Positions 1 to 12,919 of a DNA stretch of 64,000 nucleotides are shown here, in pieces. The first letter of the stretch is position 1, and every line of letters starts with the position of its first letter. Source of the DNA: Octopus vulgaris (lineage: Eukaryota); assembly GCA_951406725.2 (NCBI GenBank), contig OX597832.1, positions 28,644,001 to 28,708,000 of the forward strand. Direction: 5' to 3'. The notes under the pieces were generated by a model, which saw only the letters and a list, made by a program, of their open reading frames with translations, searched no databases and was not told the origin of the DNA. Position numbers and translations under genes: made by a program.

Positions 1-943
1 ATATTTCTGATTACCCTTTGATATTATTAATTACTGATAATTTTTTCTCTGGATAATTTTCGAATTGAAAAGACGGGATATTTATTCACTGCCGACAAGG
101 AGCTGCGCTTGCCCGGTAGGTTTGAAAAATGGTGTATTTAGACTGTAAACTGTGTACCGTGTTCCCATATCCATCGTCATATCGAAATAAACTTCAGTAT
201 CTTGTATCTGATCAACCACTAAGACAGATCTTAATCATAAAACCTTACAAAATCATTTGATGGCAGAAAAAGTTGCTTTTTTTTTCTGCCTTGATTTGTA
301 GCAGTGAATCTTTGAGGATTGTATGGTGAAATTCTCTTTGTAGAATTAGAAGACATTTCCTTAAACCATTTTCTGCAATTCAGGTCTTCTTTGCGTTTCT
401 TGTGGTTTAGAGATCACAGAGAAAGGAATCAAATAAAAGGCGACAAGTAATTGGTTTGTAAAATGGAGAAGCAACCTGTTTTGGAAAGGTGACAACCGTC
501 GCCACACCAAGATGGCTGACAGTAAATATGGCCTACCGTAAACACACACACACACACACACACACTCACTCACTCACTCACTCACTCACTCACTCACTCA
601 CTCACTCACTCACTCTTTTTCTGTCTCTCTTTCCCTCCCCTCATATGTGTGTATGTGCGCGCGCTCGTATGTGTGAGGAGAGATGAGGTAGGCGGGGAGG
701 CAGAACAAAAATGAGGGACATACATATCTATATCGTATTGTATATATATATTCTATATAAACATAAGCGTGTGCGCATACGGACAACCACGCGCTTATCT
801 GCCTGCCTATCTGTCTGTCTGTCTGTCTGTCTATCTGTCGATCAGTCAGTCTGTCAGTTTGTCAGTCTGTCTGTCTACCTATCTACATGTATGTATGTGT
901 GAGCGTCGCTTGAATCATACTTGTATATACGTGTATACATATA

Positions 944-1358
944 TATTTCTTTATTGCCCACAAGGGGCTACACATTGAAAGGACAAACAAGGACAGACAA
1001 ACGGATTAAATCGATTATATCGACCCCAGTGCGTAACTGGTACTTATTTAATCGATCCCGAAAGGATGAAAGGCAAAGTCGACCTCGGCGGAATTTGAAC
1101 TCAGAATGTAACGGCAGACGAAATACCTATTTCTTTACTACCCACAAGGGGCTAAACACAGAGGGGACAAACAAGGACAGACAAATGGATTAAGTCGATT
1201 ATATCGACCCCAGTGCGTAACTGGTACTTAATTTCTCGACCCCGAAAGGATGAAAGGCAAAGTCGACCTCGGCGGAATTTGAACTCAGAACGTAGCGGCG
1301 GACGAAATACGGCTACGCATTTCGCATGGCGTGCTAACGTTTCTGCCAGCTCGCCGCC
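944..1358 (-). mobile_element. SINE family A (tRNA-derived), tandem dimer of a full unit plus a 5'-less 184-bp unit
   Basis: RC begins ggcggcgagctggcagaaacgttagc (A-box-like), contains gagttcaaattcc (B-box), core gcctttcatcctttcggggtcga..aagtaccag and tail ..gtaaagaaata. The unit is repeated at 944 and 1128. Confidence 0.9.
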
Positions 1359-1649
1359 TTGTAAGTGTATAGGATTGGTGACGTTTGTGTATATATCTGC
1401 GTGTGTGGGGGGGAGGGGGGTTTAGACAATGAGCATATATATGCGCGCAGGTGTCTATGGGTGTGTTTGCACTAGTGCTTACCTGTGTGTGAATACATGT
1501 GTGTGTATGTGTGGTGTGGTGGAGTGTGTGTGTGCAGACGTGAAAAGTGGTATGTCTATGTTTCTGTATGTTTCTATGTATGTGTCTATGAGGGTGCTGT
1601 GTGTGCGTATGTATATGTATGTGTGTGTGTGTGTGTTTGTGTGTGTAGT

Positions 1650-1720
<71 letters not shown>

Positions 1721-2093
1721 AGGACTATAAAAAGAGCAAATCTAAAAAAGGGGAGGGCAGAAAGAAAGAGAGAAGAAGGAGGAAGAGAGAGAAAACATTA
1801 AGGAAGGATAATGAGACAAGGGGAGAGAAAGAGCGAGAGCAAGAGAGAGAGAGAAAAGAGGGAGAGAGTGAGACAGAAAAAACGAGAAGAAGACAGAAGG
1901 AGAGAGTCAGAGAGAGAGAGAGAGAGAGAGAAAGTGTGAAGGTGTGTTTGCGTGTGTGTGTGCAGAGACAAGTGTTGCAAGCTGCCCCAAGAAATGAACT
2001 CCTGTCACTACAACAAGTCTCACCTTTGACCTCATCACTACAGATTATTTTCGGCCGAGACAGAAAGCTTTCTTAACCGGGTTTTTACAATTA

Positions 2094-2128
<35 letters not shown>

Positions 2129-2259
2129 ATAAGAGAGAGGTGAGTGAGAGAGAAAGAATGTGCCAAGTAGGGTGCACATCGCTGTAGACAAACATATTCG
2201 GAGACATCCTTGCACATGCATACAACAATTTCTGTGTATGATATACATATACATACGAT

Positions 2260-2276
2260 ATATATATATATATATA

Positions 2277-2341
<65 letters not shown>

Positions 2342-2610
2342 TATATATATATACATATATCGTATATGTGTATAGTGTTACATATGTATGAGTGTATGTG
2401 CATATGTACGTATGCATATATATGTATATACGTATATGTATACGCATATATATATATGTATTTACGTATGTATATATATGCATATATATATACATATATA
2501 CATATATACATATATATATATACATATTTATATACATGTGTGTGTATATATATATATATATATATGTTTGTATATATATATATATATATACATGTGTGTG
2601 TATATGTATA

Positions 2611-2655
<45 letters not shown>
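2260..2655. repeat. (TA)n/(TATG)-rich compound microsatellite
   Basis: Directly visible. One of dozens of such tracts, e.g. 5180-5570, 5750-6130, 13790-13945, 47600-47760, 59545-59640. Confidence 0.95.
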
Positions 2656-2656
<1 letters not shown>

Positions 2657-2909
2657 TAGAAAAAATATCTACTAACCCATATTAATTGTAGTGTAGAAGA
2701 AATAAGTTGAAAATGCACAAGAATTAATACACTTAACCGGTTTCACAACTGTTTGATTTTCAACAATATACGGTTCGAGGATTGTGGACAAGTATCGCAA
2801 CGGTATTCTTTTATAAATATATATATGCATATGTATGTGTGTGTATATAAATAGAGACACGTATGCATGCAAGTATTTATACATATACATGTGTGCTTTT
2901 GTGTGTGTG

Positions 2910-2966
<57 letters not shown>

Positions 2967-3145
2967 GGAAAGAGAAAAAAGAGACAGACAGACAGACAGA
3001 CAAAGTGATAGATAATACAGATGACCTTCGCATCAAGTAAGCCATGCTCTCAACAACAGAAGAAAGCTACACGAAACAGAGTGGCTATTGTAACAACGCC
3101 AGTCTGCGCATGTCACTATCGCTTCCACATGTCTGAGCATGTCTG

Positions 3146-3196
<51 letters not shown>

Positions 3197-3727
3197 TCAC
3201 ACATCCATACTTACATACTTACATACACGTATATACACACTTATATATACATATATATGTGTGTGCATCTGTATACGTCTATATATATATATGCGTGTGT
3301 GTGTGTGTGTGTGAGTTTGTGTGTGTGTGTATGTGTGTGTATGTATACACGTTTGGGGTATTAAAGCTCACACGTTTCTAGAGGTTTGCGTATATAGGAA
3401 ACTACTGTTTCTATTTTATACGCAAGATCAGAAATTTTGAGAGGTGTGGTGGTGGTCATGGTGGAATGTAGTTAGTTACTGTGACCCCAGTACATGACTG
3501 GTAAATTATTTCATCGACTCCGGTGTGATGGAACACAACGTAAACCCGACGAGCAGGAATTGAAACTTCGTACACTTAACATCGTATGACACCTTAGCCA
3601 GGTGCTATAATAGCGTCTGTACCAGTAGACCAGTAGAGCACCTGTCAGGAGCAGCTCTGTAAGAATGGTTGGAAGAAGTAGCAGAATATAAGGAACAATA
3701 GAAGACAGCAGCTCAAAGAGACATAAG

Positions 3728-3778
<51 letters not shown>

Positions 3779-3993
3779 GGTGGACATGTAGTACTGTGTG
3801 TGTTTTCTACGTCTGTATCTATGAATGTATTGATTTACATGTGTGTATATATGTGTACAAACACACAAACACACGCACGCACACACACACATACACGTAT
3901 ATATACATATATATACACATATACATACAAGCATAAATGCTTACGCACATATATAAATGTGTTTGTGTATATATATGTATGTATATATACATA

Positions 3994-4030
<37 letters not shown>

Positions 4031-4035
4031 ATCTA

Positions 4036-4066
<31 letters not shown>

Positions 4067-4067
4067 G

Positions 4068-4127
<60 letters not shown>

Positions 4128-4128
4128 G

Positions 4129-4177
<49 letters not shown>

Positions 4178-4492
4178 TATGTATATATACATACATATAT
4201 ATACACACATACATACATGCACACACGCACACACACATATATATGTATGCTTGTATATATGCATATTTGTATATGTATGTATACTTGCGTGTATATATGA
4301 ATAGACATGCACACACACATACACACGCATACACACACACACATGTATGTATGTGTATATGTATATACATATGCATATATGAGTTTATATGTATTTTTTT
4401 CATATGCATACACTTTACAAACACCTATTTAAATAGTGTATATGTGTGTGTATGTGAATGCGTGTGTGTTTGTTTGTGAGTGAATGTGCTTG

Positions 4493-4546
<54 letters not shown>

Positions 4547-5192
4547 CGTGTGTGTTTGTGTGTGAATAAGGAAATATATTATACAGTGAAGATCAATGAA
4601 AATTGAAGAATAGCGAAATTCAAAAATATCCCATCAGAAGGCAGCGGCGGCATCTAAAGATCAAAGAACTGGCAGAAAAGGTTCTTTGCAGGATTCACAA
4701 AAGACACTGCGCAATGCTCGTTCTTTTGATGTCTTTTGTTAACCTATTATTTATCTGTGAATGTGAGGAGCAGAGATCGATTCTTGCCACAGATTTTTTT
4801 GGCGTGGTGTGGAGGGTGGCATTGTCGTATTTCACCCCCCTTTTTTTTTTTTAAATTTATGATTATATATATATATATTTTTTTGTTTTGTTGTTTCATT
4901 CAATTTGGTTGTTTTGTTGTTGTTGTTGCTGTTATTTTTTGTTTTGTTTGTTTTTGCAGTTTGTTTTCAATAATGTTACTGGAGCAACTGGGAGACCTCA
5001 CCTTCGACCCCCCCACGCCCCGCCCCCCAAAAACAACGTTTTCTCCTTAACTGGCGCCTTACTATCATATTCTGTTCAATAGCGAAATAAATATTGAATA
5101 TTGCGTATATGCACTTGCATATTTATAGATATATGCATGCATATAAGTGCACAGCTATGCACATAATGTATACACACACACATATATATATG

Positions 5193-5275
<83 letters not shown>

Positions 5276-5448
5276 TTATGTACATGGACACACTCACACA
5301 CACACTCTGTCGTATACTGTTGCATTTACACTGATTCTTCTGCCCATACTGTATGTATGTGCCTATGTATGTCTATGAGTGTGTGTGTGTTAGTGTTTAT
5401 GTATCTATATGTGTCTGCGTATGTCTACATGTATGTATATATATACAT

Positions 5449-5571
<123 letters not shown>

Positions 5572-5744
5572 CACACTATCTTTTTTCTTTCTCTCTTTCT
5601 CTCTTTCTCTGCCTCTCTCAAAAAAACATCCTAAGAGAGCAGAGACATTTAGCTGCTAGTTTTAGCAGGTTGACTGACTATGAGTTTCTCAGTGTCTAGT
5701 ACATCTACTCTATACACATACACACACGTATATTTATACATTCA

Positions 5745-5847
<103 letters not shown>

Positions 5848-6037
5848 ATTTATATATATATATATACACACATATATATATATATACATATATATATACA
5901 CACACTCATACACGCATGCACCTTCACACACACATGCACACAAACATGTACACACACTCACTCACACACACACACGTACACAGGTACGCGTATACACACA
6001 AACACACATACACACACTAAAATTAATACGTATATTT

Positions 6038-6076
<39 letters not shown>

Positions 6077-6774
6077 AATGTATATATTTATATATATATA
6101 TATATGTATATATATATTTATATTTATATATACATATATATATACCCACTCATACACACATGCACCTTCACACACACACATGCACACAAACATGTACACA
6201 CACACACATTCATACACACACACACACGCACACACATACACGTTACAAAAGGAAGGAGAGAACACTCAATCCATGACCTAGAGTTTATATTCACTGAGAG
6301 TAGGTTGGGGATTCACTACGTAGTTGTTATTTGGAGTTTCAAGCATGTAACGTTGAGACATGATAGGTCAGACGATATTCAGGAAATGGCTGACGTTTTA
6401 CTAGCAACGTTCCACTTAGATTGTTTCTCATTGATCAAAACGGATTATGAAATCGAATTTGTAGCAGGCCAGAAATATTATCACTGCTTACGATTCCGTG
6501 GTATAAAAGTAGTAACCCATTTCAGGCCGGAAATTATCAAGGGGTAGTTATCCCACAATGTATGTTACAGATGATGGTTGTGGATTTGAATCTTAGGGTT
6601 TTGAACTGAACAAAAGTTCAGTCCAAAACATACTTTTTCGAATGACGATAGTTGAACAATAGCGCTGATATTCGGTTTAATGATATCACTGGTCATTTTC
6701 ATATCTAAATTCGTTTAATTTGGTAAAATTTTACAGTTTCATGACGCATTGGTGTTGAGATGGTTTTATAGCTC

Positions 6775-7086
6775 TTGCTCCAAATTTTGAGAAGTCTGTC
6801 ATTTTTCATTCTCTGAATTTCCAGACCAGCAGACAGATAAAGAAATTCCGACCAGGCAGGCGGGAGACCCAGCAATGGTTGCTCCAAATTTTGGGAAGTC
6901 TGTCATTTTTTATTCTTTGAATTTGCAGACTAGCAGACAGATAAAGAAATTCCGACCAGACAGGCGGGAGACCCAGCAATGGTTGCTCCAAATTTTGGGA
7001 AATCTGTCATTTTTCATTCTTTGAATTTGCAGACTAGCAGACAGATAAAGAAATTCCGACCAGGCAGGCTGGAGACCCAGCAATGG
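6775..7086. repeat. Tandem repeat, 3 x 104 bp
   Basis: ttgctccaaatttt...gagacccagcaatgg starts at 6775, 6879 and 6983, with only scattered substitutions between copies. Confidence 0.95.
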
Positions 7087-8491
7087 TACTGGACATAAAA
7101 GTCATCTTGAAGATTCCGTCTCGTATGTTTTGGTCGATTCTGAGAATAATCAAAACGAATCATCAATCACATCCTCCACTTTCGTTCTTGCGAATCAATA
7201 GGAACCCTTAAATATGGTCGTTAGGCAGCAAGAAATAGTAGCCAACACTTACTCATAACACAATAAAATGTTTTAATTAAAAAGAAAAACGAACAACGCA
7301 TTGCATAATGATGTTCTAAATACACTTGGGAAAATGAAAGACTGGTAGGGCACATTTGGAAGGCTTTTGATGGCATACTGCCAGGCCGACCTGGTACAAC
7401 AACAAAGACCTCAACTATAAAGCAAGTACAACTGTAACAACAACAACAACATCAATGATAACGACAGCAACAACAACAATGAGCAAGTTTCGACTGAGAG
7501 CGAGGGTCGTATCATCGATAATATAAAAAATGCTGTTATCGATGGCAGCAGACATCTCTCCCCCACCACAGCCCTCTGCATTTATGTCTTACATATATTA
7601 ATATCTGAAGTGTTAAGAAGGTGACTGCAGTAAAAATATGGCGGTAGCGGCCATTTTGTTTATTGTAGGTTGCCAGGAATTGTCTTCTCTTCAAGGCAGA
7701 CGATATCAATATCACATGCTTTCATATCACCTGGAAGCATTTCCTGTTTAGTGAATACTATTAGACCGGCTACTTTGAAGTTGACGACAGTGGTGGGGGG
7801 TGATGGCGATGGCGGTGGTACTGGTAGCATTGGTGTGGTTGGTGGTGGTGATGGTGGTGGTGGTGGTGGTAAGGATCAGAATGTTTCTTTTTCCGATTGT
7901 CTTTAGTCTTTAGTCTTTAGTCTTTCCTTCTTTTTTTCTTTTTCATGTAGAATTCGAAGGCAAAGTTGCAAGAAAAAAGGTGAAACGCCGACAGCAAATG
8001 GCGATGAGATGCATGCATTTAGTGCATTTGTATCTTTGTGTGTATGTCTGTGTATGTGTGTGTTTGTATATATGTGTGTGTGTGTGTGTGTGTTTGTGCA
8101 TGTATGTATGTATTTATGTATGTATGTCTGTATGTATTTATGTATGTATGTGTGTGTGAGTGTGTATGTATGCATGTATGTATATATGCATGTATGTATG
8201 TATGTATGTATGTATGTATGCATGCATGTATGTATGCATGTATGTATGTATGAATGCATGTATGTATGTATGTATGCATGCATGTATGTATGTATCTGTG
8301 TGTGCGTGCGTGTGTGTGCATTTAGTTGTCTCTATGCGTTTACTATATACACAGAGAGACAAAATTATCCAATATGCACACATATATGTATACATACGTA
8401 TATACAGATACATAAATATGTCTGTGTATATATGTATATGTATTTATAAATGTTTAAATGTATATATGTGTACGTATATACATGTATGTAT

Positions 8492-8566
<75 letters not shown>

Positions 8567-8599
8567 CAGATGCGCATATATGTATATGTATGCATATAT

Positions 8600-8637
<38 letters not shown>

Positions 8638-8896
8638 GTGTAAATATAATATATTGTATGCATTGCAAATGTGTTTAAAGCTGTGTATGTTTATGTCAGA
8701 AAAATACATTTTACATTTTACAATATATATGCGTTGGTGCATGAGAATATATTTATGTGCGCCTGTGCATACATATATATATATGCGTATATATATATAA
8801 GTGTATACACGCACATATATATGTGTATGTGAAACAATAGATTGATAGATCGATATATATATATATACATACATACATACACATATATATATATAT

Positions 8897-9113
8897 AGAA
8901 ACGTTAGTATGCCGGGCGAAATGCTTTGTGGTACTTCGTCTGCCGTTACGTTCTGAGTTCAAATTCCGCCGAGGTTGACTTTGCCTTTCATCCTTTCGAG
9001 GTCGATAAATTAAGTACCAGTTACACACTGGGGTCGATCTAATCGACTTAATCCGTTTGTTTGTCCTTATTTGTCCTCTCTGTGTTTAGCCCCTTGTGGG
9101 TAATAAAGAAATA
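8897..9113 (+). mobile_element. SINE family A, slightly 5'-truncated monomer inside (TA)n
   Basis: agaaacgttagtatgccgggcgaaatg...gttcaaattccgccgagg...taaagaaata. Confidence 0.9.
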
Positions 9114-9129
9114 TATATATATATATACA

Positions 9130-9209
<80 letters not shown>

Positions 9210-9222
9210 GGTGTGTGTATAT

Positions 9223-9410
9223 GTGGAGGCAAATGGATCAGTGGTTAGAGCATCGGACTCGCGGTCGCGGGATCACGGGTTCGAATCTCAGACCGGGCGA
9301 TGTGTGTGTTTATGTGCGAATCACCGAAGCTCCACGCGGCTCCGCCAGAAGGTAATGGCGAACTTCTGCTGACCCTTTCGCCACAACTTTCTCTCACTCT
9401 TTCCTCCTGC
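9223..9410 (+). mobile_element. SINE family C, tRNA-like head
   Basis: gtggaggc..tggatcagtggttagagc (A-box) ... gggttcgaatctc (B-box). Homologous inverted copy at 62478-62579. Confidence 0.75.
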
Positions 9411-9680
9411 GTCTTTTGTCGACCCCCCCTCCCCCCACGAAAGGTTACCGCGTTGGAGTTTGCCGTGCGACAGTTTCTTTGGGAATAAATTAAATGAAAT
9501 CTTTTGATGGCGATTTGAACCCGAATCCCATAGACCACCTTAATGTGAGAAGTAGACTCTAAAAATCATACCCCACCGTCTTCAAAAAAAAAACAAAAAA
9601 ACAAATGCGAACAATTCACTGGATAATATAATCCTTGATACACTCTTCCTGGATAAAAGATTTAGTTTTCAAAGATTGGA

Positions 9681-9888
9681 AGGCGGTGAGCTGGCAGAAT
9701 CGCCTGGCAAAATGCTGAGAAGCATTTCGTCCGTCTTTACGTTCTGAGTTCAAATTCTGTCGAGGATGACTTTGCTCTTCATCCTTTCGAGATCGATAAA
9801 ATAAGTACCAGTTGAGCATTGGGGGTCGATCTAATCGACCTATTGCACCCCACCCCCGATATTGCTGGCCCTGTGCCAAAATTTGAAA
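9681..9888 (+). mobile_element. SINE family A, alternative-tail subfamily
   Basis: Same head and core as family A; tail is ..cccc..attgctggccctgtgccaaaatttgaaa. Confidence 0.85.
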
Positions 9889-10817
9889 TGATTATTCAAG
9901 GATTGGATGTATGTCACCGTAGACCTGCTGATTCAAGGCTGACCTGTGGCTAAAGGAGGAGGAGGAGGAGGAGGAGGCGAAGGGGTAGGAAGATGAGGGG
10001 GAAGAACAGGAGGAGGGAGAGAAGATGGGGAGGGGAGAAGAGGAGGAGGGGAGGGAGAGGAGAGGGGGAGAAGAGGGGGAGAGGAAGAGGTGGGGAGGGG
10101 ATGAAGAGGAGGAGGAGGGAGAAGAAGAAGAAAAAGAAGAGCAACAATAACAACAACAATAACAACAACAACAACAGCAGTAACAACGATGATGATGACG
10201 ACAACGATAAAGCCATAACTACAAAGATAATATAATCCTCACGGATTCTGAACTCCATATTAATTGTAATGTCTAATTAGACACTGAACTTATATTAATT
10301 AGTTACCGAATATACTCAACCCTACCCCCAACCCCCACCCCGTTATGCTACCAGAGATGCCATGGCGCTTGTTATAAAGTTTATGTGGCTTTCAGTAACA
10401 CAGAGAATGGGTAAGCCGTGTCGATTAACTGAGCCAGATGCTGGAATCAGGATTAATTTTACAAAAAAAAAAAAAAGTTATCTCTGAACATCTTAATGTC
10501 TGTGTGGAAAGATTCTAGGTTTTTTTTTTTGTTTTTCTTTTTAATGGCGATTGAGCAAGGAAAGAGCAGACATGGCACGTTAAGACCTGATATTATTAGA
10601 TGCTGTAAAAGGATTTGCTGTTTTATGTAACCTTTTTTTTTTTAATCATTATTTTATTATTTTATTATTTTATTGTTTTATTCATCGTTTTGTTTGTGCT
10701 GAAAATAAGTTGCGAAATTCTATTGCCGGGATAAGTGAGGGACGGTTTATTTGCATGTAAACGATATTATACATCTGCTGTGACATTTATGGCAAGTTAA
10801 GCTTAAAAAGGAAAGGG

Positions 10818-10898
<81 letters not shown>

Positions 10899-11152
10899 CT
10901 GAGAGAGAGAAAGAGATGGGTGAAGTGAGAGAGAGATAAACATACAGAGAAAGAGATAAAGAACGATGGATGAGGAATAGAAAATGTAAAAATAAAGATA
11001 AAGATAAAAGAGAGTCTGAGAGAATTCATCACCATTTTATCTGATTTTAAAGATTAGATGAAGTTGGTGAGTAAAAGCGTCTTCTGGTTCCTCCTGAGCA
11101 CAGACCAAATCTCATTAGTCATTCCACTGTTCCTCCCAACTGCGGTACTTAC

Positions 11153-11177
11153 CATTTTTTCTTTTATTCCGCTGCGC
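11153..11177 (-). other. Candidate 25-nt microexon ending in ATG
   Basis: Minus strand reads tccttttacag|GCGCAGCGGAATAAAAGAAAAAATG|gtaagt, giving a consensus acceptor and donor. Confidence 0.35.
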
Positions 11178-11639
11178 CTGTAAAAGGATTTTCTTATTAA
11201 TATTTCATTTCATATTTCAAATCTGTTCTCAGAGATAAATTTTACTTTCGACAAGTTAACGCCATCTTCTCAATCTGTATTTCTCTTTAAAACATAATAT
11301 TTCGAGTGTTTTAACCCCGCATCGCTGTGATATTTGTCGTGTGTATGAACATGCGATGTATATACACCGTTGTAATATTTGCATATTTGTATCTGCATGC
11401 AATGTATGCACGCCTTTGCAATATTCAACACGTGCATCGGAATATATTGCTTTCACATCGTTACAATATTTGCTCTAGCGATAAAGATTCGATGTCTCTA
11501 CAACGTTGCAATGTTAGCCATATAAATCAAGATGCGCTGAGAATATATTTTCTTATTGGTTGCTAAAAAGAGGAAACACAACATCCATGCTATCATTATA
11601 TATGTCATACTTCCACCCTGATGACATTTGTTGTCACTG

Positions 11640-11900
11640 GAATGTTGGTGCTCCTGGTCTTGTATTTCCATCTTGTCTCAGATGCCTCATCATGCAGGTT
11701 GTTTACGGCATAACATCCACGTATCCGGTGTGTATAGAAGGATTAATAATACGATTGCTCTGTATACTTTATATTTCGCAGTCGCCCTATGGACCTTCCG
11801 AATACTGAACTGGCCTCTTCATCTCGAAATTTAGTCTCACAGTGGATCTGTTGCCATTAACGATTTTACTGCCATGGTAAAGTGGGTTGCCCTCAACAGC
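11640..11900 (-). pseudogene. Decayed RTE-clade LINE reverse transcriptase fragment
   Basis: RC translates ASSVFGR and KVYRAIVLLILLYTPDTWM, resembling the RTE RT C-terminal ASSAFGRL...KVYRAVVLxTLLYGxETW. Frame is disrupted. Confidence 0.7.
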
Positions 11901-12094
11901 GTTTGCCCTTCGATAACGACGGGCTCCAGTTGAACCAGTTGGATCGAGTCAGGACTTGGCTGAAAAAAAAACAAAAACAAATTGATACCTTTCAGATGTC
12001 AATTTTCAAGAAGAACTTTGTGACTGCGACGATCCCGAATACGGAAATAAAGTGTCCGTTGGGCTGCAAGACACATGAACATACACACATATGT

Positions 12095-12186
<92 letters not shown>

Positions 12187-12643
12187 ATATGAATATATGC
12201 GTATGAGTGTACATATGCATTATATATGTATATATATATAATCGTAAATTTTCTTTAGAATAGCATAGAAAGCGTGGAAGTGCTCGAGTCAAACCCAAGA
12301 CGCTTGACAAGTACAAAAGATACAGAGAAAAGGTTAACTCAGGTAGACTACAATTGCTGTGTATATATATACGGATTTAATATGATAGAGTTGTCTGAAA
12401 CATATATTAATACATTCGGAATATAAAAGTATACAAATATAAAAATATATGAATGTAAAAAATATGAATATATGAATGTAATATATATATATATTACTCA
12501 TTCATGTACGCTGTTTTGTTATATATTTTTATGTAGTGGTTTAATAAAGTATGTGATTGGGTATTATCTGGTAGTTGATAAATGATTTAGATGTATTTCT
12601 CCATCTTCTTATTTTGTATTATATATATATATATATATATATA

Positions 12644-12868
12644 TACCGGTGTAAGCACATGAACGTGAAACAGGGTGGAAAAAAGGGTACTCAAATACCA
12701 GAGGTAGAGTAATATGCTTTATTTAAAAGCAGCAGAAATATAACAAAAGCTGTTACTCAGAGTAACTGCTTTTGTTATGTTTCTGCTGCTTTTAAATAAA
12801 GCATATTACTCTACCTCTGGTATTTGAGTACTTTTTCCCACCTTGTTTCCCATTTATGTGCTTACTCC

Positions 12869-12872
<4 letters not shown>
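12644..12872. mobile_element. ~229-bp fold-back palindrome in (TA)n (MITE-like or collapsed inverted element)
   Basis: Arms of ~114 bp are reverse complements around a 1-nt centre, gttactc-a-gagtaac (12759). Confidence 0.8.
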
Positions 12873-12915
<43 letters not shown>

Positions 12916-12919
12916 AATG

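Noticed and set aside
6270-6547. Non-repetitive ~90-aa reading frame
   Set aside because: No recognisable domain or convincing splice boundaries; the ORF starts in a microsatellite.
6775-7086. CRISPR-like regular spacing
   Set aside because: The whole 104-bp unit is repeated, with no unique spacers and no cas genes, in a eukaryotic context.
9223-9298. tRNA gene
   Set aside because: A and B boxes are present, but there is no clean cloverleaf and the sequence continues into a SINE body with related copies elsewhere.
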